Part shown: positions 37,269-47,475 of the stretch, piece after piece | Position numbering within the stretch: position 1 is the stretch's first letter | Layout: each line of letters opens with the position of its first letter | Assembly (NCBI GenBank): GCA_963797395.1 | Contig: CAWCPA010000008.1 | Location: 731,484 to 795,483 of the forward strand | Length of the DNA stretch: 64,000 bases | Source: an uncultured delta proteobacterium | GTDB taxonomy: Bacteria > Myxococcota_A > Polyangia > Polyangiales > Polyangiaceae | Reading direction: 5' to 3' | Made by a program: the position numbers and the translations under genes | The notes under the pieces: model-generated | What the model was told of the DNA's origin: nothing | Databases searched by the model: none | The model's input: the letters and a program-made list of their open reading frames with translations, nothing else

Positions 37269-40200
37269 TCACGGCGTCGTGTGACCTTCGGCATCGCGGG
37301 ACCCCCATTTGCCGGGCATGTGGAGCGCCAGCCAGCGTGCCGGGTTCCGGACACCCTGCGAGGCCATCGCGTCGAGTGCCGTCTGGACGAGCCTCCTACC
37401 TTCGTCGCCCCCGAGCAGCTCTCCAAGTCGGTGGCGCGCAGGAACCGCAAACATGATCGTGTCGGTCGCGGTGGCGGCTTCGACTCCGGATCGGAGGGCG
37501 TTCACGGCGGCGGCGCGATTCCCCGCCGCGTTCTCGGCCATCGACGTCACCATGAACGCGAGCCCCGCTACCCACGGGTCGTGCTCGCGCGCGAGTCGTC
37601 GCGCCATGTGCCGTGCCTCGGCGATCCGCTTCTGCCGGAGTGCGGGGTTGGACTCGATCGACGCGATCGCCACTCGGCCCCGCGCAAAGAATGTCAGCAC
37701 GCGAATCATGACCGAGTTCAGAAGGAAGCTCTTCCTCAGCGCCGCCCGATCTCTCAGGATGCGCTGGTTGGCGCGCTCGCCGTCGCCGACGTAGAGCTCG
37801 ATCTCGGCCTCGTAGACCATGGCCATCCAGTGCTGCGCGAAGAACTCCGTCTTCGGCCAGTGGGAAAGACTGTCGCGCAGGTTGCGCAGCGCGCCGGCCG
37901 GGTCGTCCTCCGCCAGAGACGCCTTGACGCCCGCAGCTGTGTTCAGGGTCACAAGGGTATAGAGGTCGCCGCGGTCGCGGGCGATCGCGCGGAGGCTGTT
38001 CACGCGCCTCGTCACCTCCTTCAAGTCGCCCATGTAGAGGAGCGCGAGCACGGCGTAGACGCGCGCGATCGACGACCCGGCCATACCCCGGGTGTCCTCC
38101 CTATCGGAACGGTCGAGCAGACCGAGCGCCTCCTTCCAGCGACCGTGCTGGAAGAGGCCGACGCCCCAGGCCCCGTCGAAGTGCCTCGCAGCCTCGGGCG
38201 TCCCGTCCTCCTGGGCGAGGCGTTGGCCCATCTGGACGAGCGCGGTCTCGCGCTTCCGGAGGGGCTTGCCCGTGCCCGCCGAATGGGCCGCCGCCAACGT
38301 GGCGGCGCGCGATAGCTGGAGTCGCTCGCCCACACGGAGAGCTTCGACGAGGTAACGTGCCTGCATGCAAGCACCGAGGACCACGTTGACGATGGCAAAT
38401 CCCACCGCCACCGTGGCGAGCGCTTCGAGCCGCAGGCGGTCTTCGGGCGAGACGTCCTCCGGCTTGCGCTCCTGGAAACGTAGACCGATGAGGGCAAGCC
38501 AGAGGCGGTAGACGATCAGCCATAAGACAGCGGCGCTCGGCGAACGCGGCGCCCTCATACCAACCGCGGCGAGGACGCCCTGGAGGACCTGGGCTCCCTC
38601 GTCGATGCGCCCGGCGCTCAGCAACTGCTGGGCGGCCGCTTGCTCGTATCCGAGGCGCGCGTCGGCGGTCACGGCCTGCGCAGCGGCGAGGAATTCTTTC
38701 GCCGATTCGCCGTGGCGACCGGCGTGCTGCAGTACCCGGGCGAGGCGCGGGCGCAGTCGGAGAACGTCCGGCGACGACGCTGGGACGTTCTCGAGCGCAA
38801 GACGGAACAGCCGTGACGCCTGATCGAAGGCGAACTTCGCGGCGGCTTGCTCGGCTGCGTTCTCTGCGAAGTGTGCGGCGCGCGCATTCTCGCAAGCGCC
38901 CAGCCAGTGCATTGCGATCGCCTCCGCATCCCCGCTCGCCATGTCCTCGAGTGCCCGCGCCAGACAACAGTGGTGCTCGCGCAGCGTCGACGCCGGGATC
39001 TGCGCGACAATCGCCTGGCGGATGGGTTCGTGGATCATCTCGACGATCTCCCGTCCGTCGCGGAGCCCCGTGCTCACGAAACGTCGAGTGCCCAGGAGCG
39101 CGATGACCTGGTCGGCCTCGTCGCCGGCCTCCGACGCGCCCGCGACGACCGAGATCGGGAGCGGTCTCGCCGCGACCGCGACAATCTCCGACAGCCGTCG
39201 CGCCCGGTCGGGCAGCCGCGCGAGTCGCGCCCCTACCATCTCCTCCAGCGTGACCTCGGTGAGGGTGGCGCCGGACTGTGGGGCGCCGCGGATGCTGCGG
39301 ACGAGCTCCTCGGTCAGAAAGGGGCTTCCTCGCGCCTCGCGCGCCACCGCACGTGCCATCCGGTATGCTAGCTCGTCGTCCGCGCCGAGCAGATCGAGGG
39401 CGAGGCGATGTGCATCTTCGGTGGCGAGCGGACCGACGGTGATCTCGCGCATCTCCGCTCCCTCGGGCCAGTGGGCGCGCAAATCGTTCAGGAAGGGGCT
39501 CGATGGGGCGCGTGCGTCGTCCTGGATCAAGAGGAGGAGTAGCGGCGGCGTGATCGGGGGATGCACGAGGTCGAGCAGGAGCGCGGCGCTGTCGGCATCG
39601 CCCCAGTGGACGTCGTCGACCAAGACGACCACCGGCTTTTTGCGAGCCAGCGACGCGAAGATCTCCCGTAGCGCGGCGAACGCACGGCGGCGGACGCTAC
39701 TGGGGTCGTCGCTCGACGGGGCGGGGGCCGCGACGACCCCAGGAACTCGCTCGAGCACGGGGAATAGCCCTGCGAGCGCCGAGATATCCTCCGGGAGATC
39801 GACAGGATCGCCCTCGTCCGCCAGTGCCAGCAAATGGAGGCTGAGCGCGTCGATCACGCTGTCGACGACCTTGTAGGGGACCGACTCGCGCTCGTAGGCC
39901 CTTCCGCGCAGGACAACAACGTCGCAACGCCTCACGAGGCCGTCGATGAAGTGGCGCACGACCGTCGACTTGCCCATCCCTGGAAGGCCGCCGACGCGCA
40001 TCGTGGTCGTCTCGCCCGACCGGGACCTTTCGAACGCTTCGCGCAGCGCCTGCAGCTGCCCTTCGCGTCCCATGAGGGCCCCGTTGGGCTTGCCGGGTGT
40101 CCGGGGCGTTGGCGTGCTGCTGTGGGTGACGCCGAAGAAACGGAGAATCTCCGTGCCGGTCGGTCGCTCCTTGGGCTCTCGCTGCAGCAGTGAGCAGCAG

Positions 40201-41039
40201 AGCAAGTCGAGATCGGCGGGAACCCCTTTGACCCACTCGGAGGGAGAAGGCGGCTCGGCGATGCTCTTCTGCGTGAGCATATCGAAGAGCGAACCGTCGA
40301 ACGGGGGACGCCCGACGAGGGCTTCGTAGAGCATCACTCCGACGCTGTACCAATCCGACGCGGGGGTCGGCGGACCGTCGTCGGCCTGTTCGGGCGCCAT
40401 ATAGCGCGCCGTACCCACCATTTCCCCGCGGCCCGCGGGCACTCCGACCTCCGTGGCGACGCCGAAGTCGAGGACGACGACTCGCCCCTCGGGTGTGACG
40501 AGTACGTTGGAAGGCTTGATGTCCCTGTGCAGTTTGCCAGCCGAGTGGAGCGCATGGACGCCGTCTACGAGCTGGCGGAGCGTCTGGCGGAGCCGATCCA
40601 TGTCGGCCGGGGATCGCGGTCGGGCCTGCGCTTCCTCGTGCGGGCACGGCGGAGAGTACGGCGCCCGCGCGGGCGCGATCGACGGCGATGTCGTGGGCGG
40701 GGGTGCGGCGGAGACCCGGTACGCTTCCGGCCTCTGAACATAGCGGCGAAAGTCGACCCCGCTCACCAGCTCCATCGTGAAGAAGATGCGACCAGGATCG
40801 CTCGCGACGAGCTCGTGGAGGCGGACTAGATTGGTGTGACGGACGTCGGCGAGCGTGCGAAATTCTTGCTTGAAGAGGTAGAGCGCCGAGGCATCGAAGT
40901 GCAGCAGCGTCTTGAGCGCGACGCGCTGACGGCACTCCCGGTCGAAGGCCTCGTAAACGACGCCCATACCGCCCTTTCCAAGGCAGCTGATGATCTCGTA
41001 GCGGACCGTCCCCTTCCAGTCACCGTATTCAGAGATCAC
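37269..41039 (-). CDS. Ser/Thr protein kinase fused to a P-loop STAND NTPase and TPR-like helical repeats (1256 aa)
   Basis: Kinase motifs GKGGMGVVYEA, HRDIKPSNVLV and DFGVA. P-loop GLPGMGKST. Long helical C-terminal half. Confidence 0.9.
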   Translation of the reverse strand: MISEYGDWKGTVRYEIISCLGKGGMGVVYEAFDRECRQRVALKTLLHFDASALYLFKQEFRTLADVRHTNLVRLHELVASDPGRIFFTMELVSGVDFRRYVQRPEAYRVSAAPPPTTSPSIAPARAPYSPPCPHEEAQARPRSPADMDRLRQTLRQLVDGVHALHSAGKLHRDIKPSNVLVTPEGRVVVLDFGVATEVGVPAGRGEMVGTARYMAPEQADDGPPTPASDWYSVGVMLYEALVGRPPFDGSLFDMLTQKSIAEPPSPSEWVKGVPADLDLLCCSLLQREPKERPTGTEILRFFGVTHSSTPTPRTPGKPNGALMGREGQLQALREAFERSRSGETTTMRVGGLPGMGKSTVVRHFIDGLVRRCDVVVLRGRAYERESVPYKVVDSVIDALSLHLLALADEGDPVDLPEDISALAGLFPVLERVPGVVAAPAPSSDDPSSVRRRAFAALREIFASLARKKPVVVLVDDVHWGDADSAALLLDLVHPPITPPLLLLLIQDDARAPSSPFLNDLRAHWPEGAEMREITVGPLATEDAHRLALDLLGADDELAYRMARAVAREARGSPFLTEELVRSIRGAPQSGATLTEVTLEEMVGARLARLPDRARRLSEIVAVAARPLPISVVAGASEAGDEADQVIALLGTRRFVSTGLRDGREIVEMIHEPIRQAIVAQIPASTLREHHCCLARALEDMASGDAEAIAMHWLGACENARAAHFAENAAEQAAAKFAFDQASRLFRLALENVPASSPDVLRLRPRLARVLQHAGRHGESAKEFLAAAQAVTADARLGYEQAAAQQLLSAGRIDEGAQVLQGVLAAVGMRAPRSPSAAVLWLIVYRLWLALIGLRFQERKPEDVSPEDRLRLEALATVAVGFAIVNVVLGACMQARYLVEALRVGERLQLSRAATLAAAHSAGTGKPLRKRETALVQMGQRLAQEDGTPEAARHFDGAWGVGLFQHGRWKEALGLLDRSDREDTRGMAGSSIARVYAVLALLYMGDLKEVTRRVNSLRAIARDRGDLYTLVTLNTAAGVKASLAEDDPAGALRNLRDSLSHWPKTEFFAQHWMAMVYEAEIELYVGDGERANQRILRDRAALRKSFLLNSVMIRVLTFFARGRVAIASIESNPALRQKRIAEARHMARRLAREHDPWVAGLAFMVTSMAENAAGNRAAAVNALRSGVEAATATDTIMFAVPARHRLGELLGGDEGRRLVQTALDAMASQGVRNPARWLALHMPGKWGSRDAEGHTTP

Positions 41040-41164
41040 GCTACTGTTCAGCGTACCCTCTCGGCGGAGCCCTCGATCTCTTCAAGATCCGAATCCATGA
41101 GAACGCGGCACGCACATTCGGCTACCGAGGCTCCATGCGATTCAGTTCAGATCGGGTCGCAGCG

Positions 41165-41420
41165 CGCCTCCCGGGCTGGCGAGGGCACGATGCGACGGAT
41201 GGCTCGCTTTCGCTACTCGCGTTCGAGGAGGGTAGTTTGGCTCGCTTGCCGGCAGCACGTGTCCGCCCGCGAAAGAGGCCCGTGCAGCGGCGCTCGCGCG
41301 AGATGCTCGAGACCCTCCTCCAGGCGGCGACTCGCGTTCCCGAGCAAGGACCCGCTGGTCGCGGCGCTGTTCCGCGAAGGGGACCGGATGAACGTGCGCG
41401 GCGAGCACGCGTGTTAGATT
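41165..41420 (+). pseudogene. TetR relic: duplicate of the 36527-36850 intergenic region plus tetR 5' end, with the HTH deleted
   Basis: Near-identical to 36527-36700 (..LARLPAARVRPRKRPVQRRSREMLE..). It then joins FPSKD..., which removes about 87 bp and shifts the frame. Confidence 0.75.
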
Positions 41421-41462
41421 GAGTTCCGGCGGCTCTCGCCCGACACCCACGCGTGCAAGCTC

Positions 41463-42257
41463 ATGGCGACTATCGGCGTTTCGCTGGTTCGTGCTCTCGT
41501 CGACAAAGTCTACCGAACGGGCCACGACGCGCGTGCGCTCTTGGTTGCAGCGGGGATCTCTCCGACGATCGTCGAAGATCCTGAAGCCCGGATAGAGACC
41601 GGCCCCTACGATTTGCTTCAGGAGCTCGCTCTGAGCACAACGGGGGATCCGGCCCTCGGCTTGCATATGGGCGAGAATGCGTCCGTAGCCGCCTTCAACC
41701 TACCTGGACAAATTGCGTCTCAAGCCACCACGCTCCGCGAGGCACTCCACGCGTTCCTCACCTACTATCGACTCGTGGCCGACACCTCGGCCCCTCGCCT
41801 CGTCGAAGACGGTGACGTGGTACACATCGTCTTCGAAATCGTGCGCAGCCCCAATCCGCTCTGTAACCGCCTTCGCCAGGAATTCGGGGTGACACGGACT
41901 GAAGCGATCGGCATCGCGTTCTTCCATGGTCGTCCCCTCCGACGAGACCTGGAGGTGTGGTTCGAGCACGCTCGCCCGCCTTACGCCGCCGAATACACTC
42001 GCATCTTCGGTGGTCGAGAGAGGTGCGACCGTCCGCACGCCGGTTTCGTGGTCCCTCGCGCGTTCCTCGATGAGTTGCTCGAGGCCCGCCAGGTCCATCA
42101 CGATGTCCGGCTCTCTCGGCTGCTCAAGGGCCAGGCCGACGATTGGCTCGCGCGCCTCGATGCGAACGAGGGCCTGGCGGGCAAGGTCCGCCGGATCATC
42201 GTGCAGTCTTTCCCCGGCGAGGCCCCTCCCCAGCTAGCACTACTCCGCCACTTTTAG
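41463..42257 (+). pseudogene. AraC-family paralog truncated before its HTH by the IS701-like end
   Basis: Collinear with the 33769-34807 protein up to ...VQSFPGEAPPQ. It then reads into IS sequence (LALLRHF-stop). Confidence 0.7.
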
Positions 42258-42437
42258 ATCGGCACGAAGGGTTTCACGAGCCCGCCGCAGGCCGGGCATG
42301 GGAGTGGCGCAGCCAGGCGACCGACGAGTGCTCTGCGGATCGCGGGCAGAGTGATCGTCGAGGGGAGCTGACTGCGCCTACGCTTTATTTTGGCGGACTC
42401 GCGTGGTCTGGAGGAAAGCGAACGCGATCATCGTAAG
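42234..42437. repeat. IS701-like terminal segment, copy 1 (about 93% identical to 47476-47677)
   Basis: CTAGCACTACTCCGC...GATCATCGTAAG. Includes the last 19 codons of the transposase. Confidence 0.85.
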
Positions 42438-43248
42438 CACGGCGTGATGATGGAGGCCGTGCCACGAGCGGCCTTCGAAGTGGTCGAGCCCGAGCTCCTC
42501 TTTGAGCTGTTGGTGCGCTTGCTCGCACGACCAGCGAGCCTTGATGGTGGTGGCGAGAGTTTTGAGGGAGGCGGATTCGGGGTGGTCGGCGAGGTGGAAT
42601 TTGACGTCCCCGTTTCTGCGGCGCTCGCAGACGAGCCAAGCCTCTTCGCCAGGCAGATGCACGTGGTGTCCGGCGTCGGGACCGTCGGCAACACGCACGC
42701 GTACGGCGGCGAAGTCGGCGGAGAGCCAGCCCTTAGTGCCGCGACGCCAACGGATCGTGCGAAAGGCCTCTTCGCCGAGTGCCTCGATGGCCTCGCGCAC
42801 GGAGCGGCGAGAGGCGGTAGGGACGCCGTGTTTGCGCGGACGCCCGGTCGCCGCTCGTGGGAAGCGCAAGCGCACTGTGGTCGGGTAGACGAGTTGCTCG
42901 GGTGAGATGCCCACCGCCCAGGTGATCTGCATGGCGGTGAGCGCATGGCGGAACTGGGCGCAGGCGCCGTAGCCCGCATCGGCCAAGACGTCTTTGAACC
43001 GAACGCCCGCCTTGCGGATGCGTCGAATTTCATCGAGCGCGATCTGCCACTTCGGCTTGTGGACCGTCTCATCGGGCACCCCTGCGCGCCTGCACCGCGC
43101 GCGGTCTTCGCTCCAGGATTGAGGCAAGAACAGACGCAACGCGATGGGGATCGGTACCTCATCGCGAGCCAAGGTTACGGAGACGAGTGACTGGCAGTTG
43201 GCCTGCTTGCCGAGCTGGCCGCAGTACTGATGCGGATCTCGCGCGCTC
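42378..43248 (-). pseudogene. IS701-like (IS4-superfamily DDE) transposase lacking roughly its N-terminal third
   Basis: Contains ..QYCGQLGKQANCQSLVSVTL..DAGYG..WSCEQAHQQLKEELGLDHFEGRSWHGLHHH... Truncated where the IS21 end begins. Confidence 0.75.
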
Positions 43249-43452
43249 GTGAACGCCGGGATCGCGGACACGTGAACGCGCGGATCGCCGCCATGTGAAC
43301 ACCGAGATCGGCGGACGTGAACGCCGAGATCGGAGCCGTGAACACCCGGATCGCTCAGCCGTGAACACCGGGATCGCCCTGGTGTGAACGGGGAGGACGG
43401 GGACCCGTGAACGGCAGAGATCGGGCGAAGTGACGAGCTGGGTCGCTCCTCT
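43249..43452 (+). repeat. Array of about nine 21-23-bp direct repeats (GTGAACRCCGRGATCG core) at the IS21 left end
   Basis: GTGAAC (or GTGACG) starts at 43249, 43272, 43295, 43317, 43338, 43361, 43384, 43407 and 43430. Three inverted copies lie at 45830-45892. Confidence 0.85.
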
Positions 43453-43503
43453 TTGACTGCGGGCTCCGACGAGGAGGTCCGCGAAGCAATGGAGCGGCTG
43501 GCG

Positions 43504-45024
43504 ATGAGCAAGGTGCGAGAGGTTTTGAGGTTGCGATGGGCGCTCAAGAGAAGCGTCCGGGAGGCGTCGCGCGCGGCGGGGGTGAGCGTCGGCGTCGTGT
43601 CCAAGACGGAGCGGCGCGCCGCCCGGGCGGGCCTGGATTGGGCGGCGGTGGAGGCGCTCGACGACGGGGGCCTCGAGCAGCGGATGTACGGCGGTCCGAA
43701 GCATGCCCGGCGCGACGAACGGGCGCTGCCCGACCCGGGGTGGATGCACGCGGAGCTGCGGCGGCCGGGCGTGACGCTCGAACTGCTGCACTTGGAGTAC
43801 CTGCGCGAGCACCCGAACGGCTTCCGGTACACGGCGTTCTGCGACGCGTACCGCCGCTGGATGGATCGCCGTGGGTTGGTGATGCGCCAGAACCACAAGG
43901 CGGGCGACAAGACCTTCGTCGACTACTCGGGCAAGAAGCCGCACGTTGTCGACCGCACGACCGGAGAGGTGATCGAGGTCGAGCTCTTTGTCGCGGCGCT
44001 CGGTGCCTCGAACCTGACCTACGCCGAGGCGACGCGAACGCAGACGATGGGCGACTTCATTGCGTCGCACGTACGCGCCTTCGCGTACTTTGGCGGCGCG
44101 ACGCGCATCGTCGTCCCCGATCAGCTCCGGAGCGCCGTCCGCGTGCCGTGCCGCTACGAGCCGACGGTCACCCGGACGTACGCGGAGCTCGGTCGGCACT
44201 ACGGGACCGCGATCGTGCCCGCGCGTCCGGGCAAGCCACGCGACAAGGCCAAGGTGGAAGTGGCCGTGCAGGTCGCGCAGCGGTGGATCCTGGCGCGACT
44301 GCGCAACGAGACCTTCTTCTCGATCGAGACCCTCAACGAGCGGATCGCCGAGCTGCTCGAAGACCTCAATGAGCGGGCGATGAAGAAGCTCGGCGGCATC
44401 AGCCGCCGAGCGCTCTTCGAACGCGTCGAGCGCGCCGCGCTTCTGCCGTTGCCCGCGCAGCCCTTCGAGCTGAGCGAGTGGAGGCGGGCGACGGTGAACG
44501 TCGACTACCACGTCGCGCTCTTCGACCACTTCTACTCGGTGCCGTACACGCTCGTGCGCGAGGAGGTCGAGGCGCGCATGACGGCGACGACGGTGGAGAT
44601 CCTCCACAAGAATCGCCGGGTCGCCAGTCACGCTCGCAGCTACGTGCGCTTCCGCTTCACCACCGACCCCGGGCACATGCCCGAAGCCCACCAGAAGCAC
44701 TTCGCCGGCGGCGACGCGGTCATCGCCTGGGGCGCCTCGGTGGGCCCGATGACCGAGGCGATGGTGCAACGACTGCTCGACGCCAACCCCGTACGTGAGC
44801 AGGGATGGCGATCGGCCAAGGGGTTGCAGCGGCTCGTCAAGAAGTACGGCGAGGCGCGGGTCGAAGCCGCCTGCGCGCACGCGCTGCACTTCGGCGCCCG
44901 CAGTTACAAGCCCGTCGAACGGCTTCTCGAGCTTGGTCGCGAGCAGCTTGAACTTCCCGGGACCCACGAGACGACGGCCCCGGGCACGCACGAGAACGTG
45001 CGTGGCCCTGGCTACTACCACTGA
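43504..45024 (+). CDS. istA: IS21-family transposase IstA
   Basis: HTH N-terminus (MSKVREVLRLRW...). DDE region DYSGKK...ATRTQT...VPDQLRS. Confidence 0.9.
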   Translation: MSKVREVLRLRWALKRSVREASRAAGVSVGVVSKTERRAARAGLDWAAVEALDDGGLEQRMYGGPKHARRDERALPDPGWMHAELRRPGVTLELLHLEYLREHPNGFRYTAFCDAYRRWMDRRGLVMRQNHKAGDKTFVDYSGKKPHVVDRTTGEVIEVELFVAALGASNLTYAEATRTQTMGDFIASHVRAFAYFGGATRIVVPDQLRSAVRVPCRYEPTVTRTYAELGRHYGTAIVPARPGKPRDKAKVEVAVQVAQRWILARLRNETFFSIETLNERIAELLEDLNERAMKKLGGISRRALFERVERAALLPLPAQPFELSEWRRATVNVDYHVALFDHFYSVPYTLVREEVEARMTATTVEILHKNRRVASHARSYVRFRFTTDPGHMPEAHQKHFAGGDAVIAWGASVGPMTEAMVQRLLDANPVREQGWRSAKGLQRLVKKYGEARVEAACAHALHFGARSYKPVERLLELGREQLELPGTHETTAPGTHENVRGPGYYH

Positions 45025-45041
45025 AGAAAGGAACGAGACCC

Positions 45042-45791
45042 GTGCTCAAAGAACCGACTCTGGAGAAACTGCACGCATTGCGACTCGGCACCATGGCCGA
45101 CACCTGGCAGGCGCAACAACGCGACGCCACCGTCGGCGCGTTGTCCTTCGACGAGCGCTTCACGATGATCGTGGAGGCCGAGTACCTCGCCCGGGACAAC
45201 CGGCGCCTCGCTCGGTTGCTCAAGGACGCCGAGCTGCGGATCCCGGGCGCGTGCCTGGAAGACGTCGACACCTCGGCGGCTCGCGGCGCCGACCGCGGCA
45301 TGCTCCGCCAGCTCGCGACCTGCACGTGGATCGGAGAACACCTCAACGTGCTGGTAACCGGTGCGACTGGCGTAGGCAAAAGTTATCTGGCCTCCGTGCT
45401 CGGCCAGGCGGCATGCCGTCGCGGACTGCGCGTGCTGTACCGGCGGGTGCCGCGCCTCTTCGACGAGATCGCGCTCGCGCGCGCCGACGGCTCGTACGCT
45501 CGACTGCTCGCGCGGCTCGCGAAGGCGGACCTGCTCGTGCTCGACGACCTGGGGCTGGGAACGACGACCGAGGCCCATCGCCACGACCTTCTGGAGGTCC
45601 TGGAGGACCGGTACGGCCGAACGTCGACGGTCGTCACCAGCCAGGTGCCGGTGACCAAGTGGCACGAGTGGATTGGTGACCCGACCGTCGCCGACGCCGT
45701 CCTCGACCGGCTCGTCCACAACGCATACAAATTGGACCTGAAGGGACCCTCGAAGCGGAAGGAGAAGATCACGACGACGGCGAACGGTTGA
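45042..45791 (+). CDS. istB: IS21-family helper ATPase IstB
   Basis: Walker A VTGATGVGKSYLA. Walker B LLVLDDLG. Confidence 0.92.
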   Translation: MLKEPTLEKLHALRLGTMADTWQAQQRDATVGALSFDERFTMIVEAEYLARDNRRLARLLKDAELRIPGACLEDVDTSAARGADRGMLRQLATCTWIGEHLNVLVTGATGVGKSYLASVLGQAACRRGLRVLYRRVPRLFDEIALARADGSYARLLARLAKADLLVLDDLGLGTTTEAHRHDLLEVLEDRYGRTSTVVTSQVPVTKWHEWIGDPTVADAVLDRLVHNAYKLDLKGPSKRKEKITTTANG

Positions 45792-45822
45792 CCTGCGACC
45801 CAGAGACGTCGCTTCGCTCCGA

Positions 45823-46512
45823 TCACATGGCGATCTGCGTGCTCACGTCGGCCCGAAACGGGTGCTCACGTCGCGCGAAATCCGCACGATCACCGGCTCG
45901 CTCGAGGTCGTGCAGCACCTGCTGCAAAACGAGGCGCCGGGAGGCGCCTACACACCGTCGATGCTCTTGGGGCCGGAGCTTGTGTCCCGACTTCCAGAGT
46001 CCGGGGTCATGGTCATCGAGTGAGCGCGTCGACCACGCATCGCAGAGCCCGGACACACCAAATGTCGCAAAGTTCGCCACTAGAGCATTGATTGGCGCCC
46101 TGCGCGCCGGATCGAGAAGCTCGATGCGCTCTTCGGGCATGTCGAGGGTCTTCAGATTGCGACGGCCGGTCGGCTTCGGTCGCGGGGGCTTGGGGTCCGG
46201 CGGTGGCTCGGCCGGCGGCGGCAGCGCGTCGTCGCCCAGCTCACGGGCGAGCGCCTGCAGCTTCGTGTGCGTCTGCTCGAACTCGATCTCCAGCTGCCGC
46301 ACGTCGATCCGCTCGGCCTTTGCGATGAACATGCGCCGGCGCAAGAGCTCGAGCTGCTCCTTGAGCTGCTCGTAGGCGCGCCGCAGCTTGTCGCGCTCGG
46401 TCGTGGCCTGCGCGAGGGCGGTGCGCGTTGTCGCCAGCGTCGCCTCAAGCTGCGCGATCCGCTCGAACGCCTCCTGAAGCTGCGGCTGCGGCGACTTCGC
46501 CTCGTCGAGCAC
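45823..46512 (-). pseudogene. IS66-family TnpC N-terminal portion, cut off at the IS21 right end
   Basis: Coiled-coil N-terminus ...LKEQLELLRRRMFIAKAERID..PKPTGRRNLKTLDMPEERIELLDP. The zinc-finger/DDE part is missing. Confidence 0.65.
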
Positions 46513-46592
46513 GAAGTCGCATCTGCCCGAACGATCGATCCGTGTCGATGGGCATCGTGCAATCTACACACGAATCGTTCGGAGCATGCACG

Positions 46593-46943
46593 TCAGTGCA
46601 CGCGTGGACGGCGTGTCCGCACCGCCCGTTGCGACTCGACCTGCACCCCGTCGAGCAGCGCCTCGAGCGTCGCGTCGTCGATCTCCACGTGCCTCGAACC
46701 CTCGCCAGCCTGCGGCAGCTTGAATGTGCCGGCGTCCAGGCGCTTGTAGAATTGGCACATCCCGCTGCCGTCGAAGAAGAGAATCTTCAGCGAGTCGCGT
46801 CGACGGCCGAAGAACAAGAAAAGCGCGCCGCTGCGCGCTCCGTAGCCGACGTGCTCCTTGGGGAGGCCGGATAGGCGATCGAACGAGAAGCGCATGTCGA
46901 CGGGCTCGAGCGCGACGAAGATCTGGACACCCTGCGGGATCAT
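46593..46943 (-). CDS. tnpB: IS66 Orf2 (TnpB)
   Basis: Begins MIPQGVQIFVALEPVDMRFSFDRLSGL...LFFDGSGMCQFYKRLDAGTFKLP. Confidence 0.88.
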   Translation of the reverse strand: MIPQGVQIFVALEPVDMRFSFDRLSGLPKEHVGYGARSGALFLFFGRRRDSLKILFFDGSGMCQFYKRLDAGTFKLPQAGEGSRHVEIDDATLEALLDGVQVESQRAVRTRRPRVH

Positions 46944-47254
46944 GCGCCCTCACCCAGCGCGCGGACGACCTGCCGCAGTACGACGGGGTCGAAGCCGGCG
47001 CGCACCGAAACGCGGGCCGAACCCACGGCGACGACGATCGCCGCGTCCGTCGGAGCGGGCACGCGCACGACGCGCGCGATCCGAACGCGTGGCTGGCGCC
47101 CTTTCCGGGGCTCCGCGCCGGTCCGCAAGCAGCTGGCCCAGTATACCAGCGTGGACGGCTTGAAGTCTCGGCTCGCGGCGAATTCTTTCGCCGTCTGGCC
47201 GCTCGTCTTCTACTCTCGAACGCGCTCCGACCACTTCGCTTCCGTCTCCGTCAT
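46940..47254 (-). pseudogene. tnpA: IS66 Orf1 (TnpA) with an in-frame TAG
   Basis: Reads MTETEAKWSERVRE-TAG(47210-47212)-KTSGQTAKEFAASRDFKPSTLVYWASCL...VRAGFDPVVLRQVVRAL. Confidence 0.65.
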
Positions 47255-47382
47255 GCGCGCAGCATGCGGCACCGCGCGGCACCTCGGAAGGACGGGGCTC
47301 GTGCAGGGCGTTCAAAAAGCGCGCCGACCCGCACCATCGACTTCAAGGGGAGCTCCATGTACGACGGGCATGAGCCAGCCTC

Positions 47383-47475
47383 ATGCAACGCCTGCCGGCC
47401 ATCTCGTTCTTGATCGCGATGTCCGTGGTGGCTGTCGCGTGCACGGACCTCGTCGGGCTTCCGGACGTGCCGGCC
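47383..47475 (+). pseudogene. N-terminal 31 codons of a lipoprotein gene, truncated by the second IS701-like end
   Basis: MQRLPAISFLIAMSVVAVACTDLVGLPDVPA, then IS sequence. Confidence 0.4.

Larger units (their letters stand above)
43250..45892 (+). mobile_element. IS21-family insertion sequence (istA-istB)
   Basis: TG...CA ends. Multiple terminal repeats at both ends. The left and right flanks belong to different elements (IS701-like versus IS66). Confidence 0.8.

Noticed and set aside
43249-43452. The tandem 23-bp repeat array as a CRISPR array.
   Set aside because: The repeats are contiguous with no unique spacers and are only about 16 bp conserved. They sit at the terminus of an IS21-family element, with inverted copies at the other end. 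No cas genes are present.
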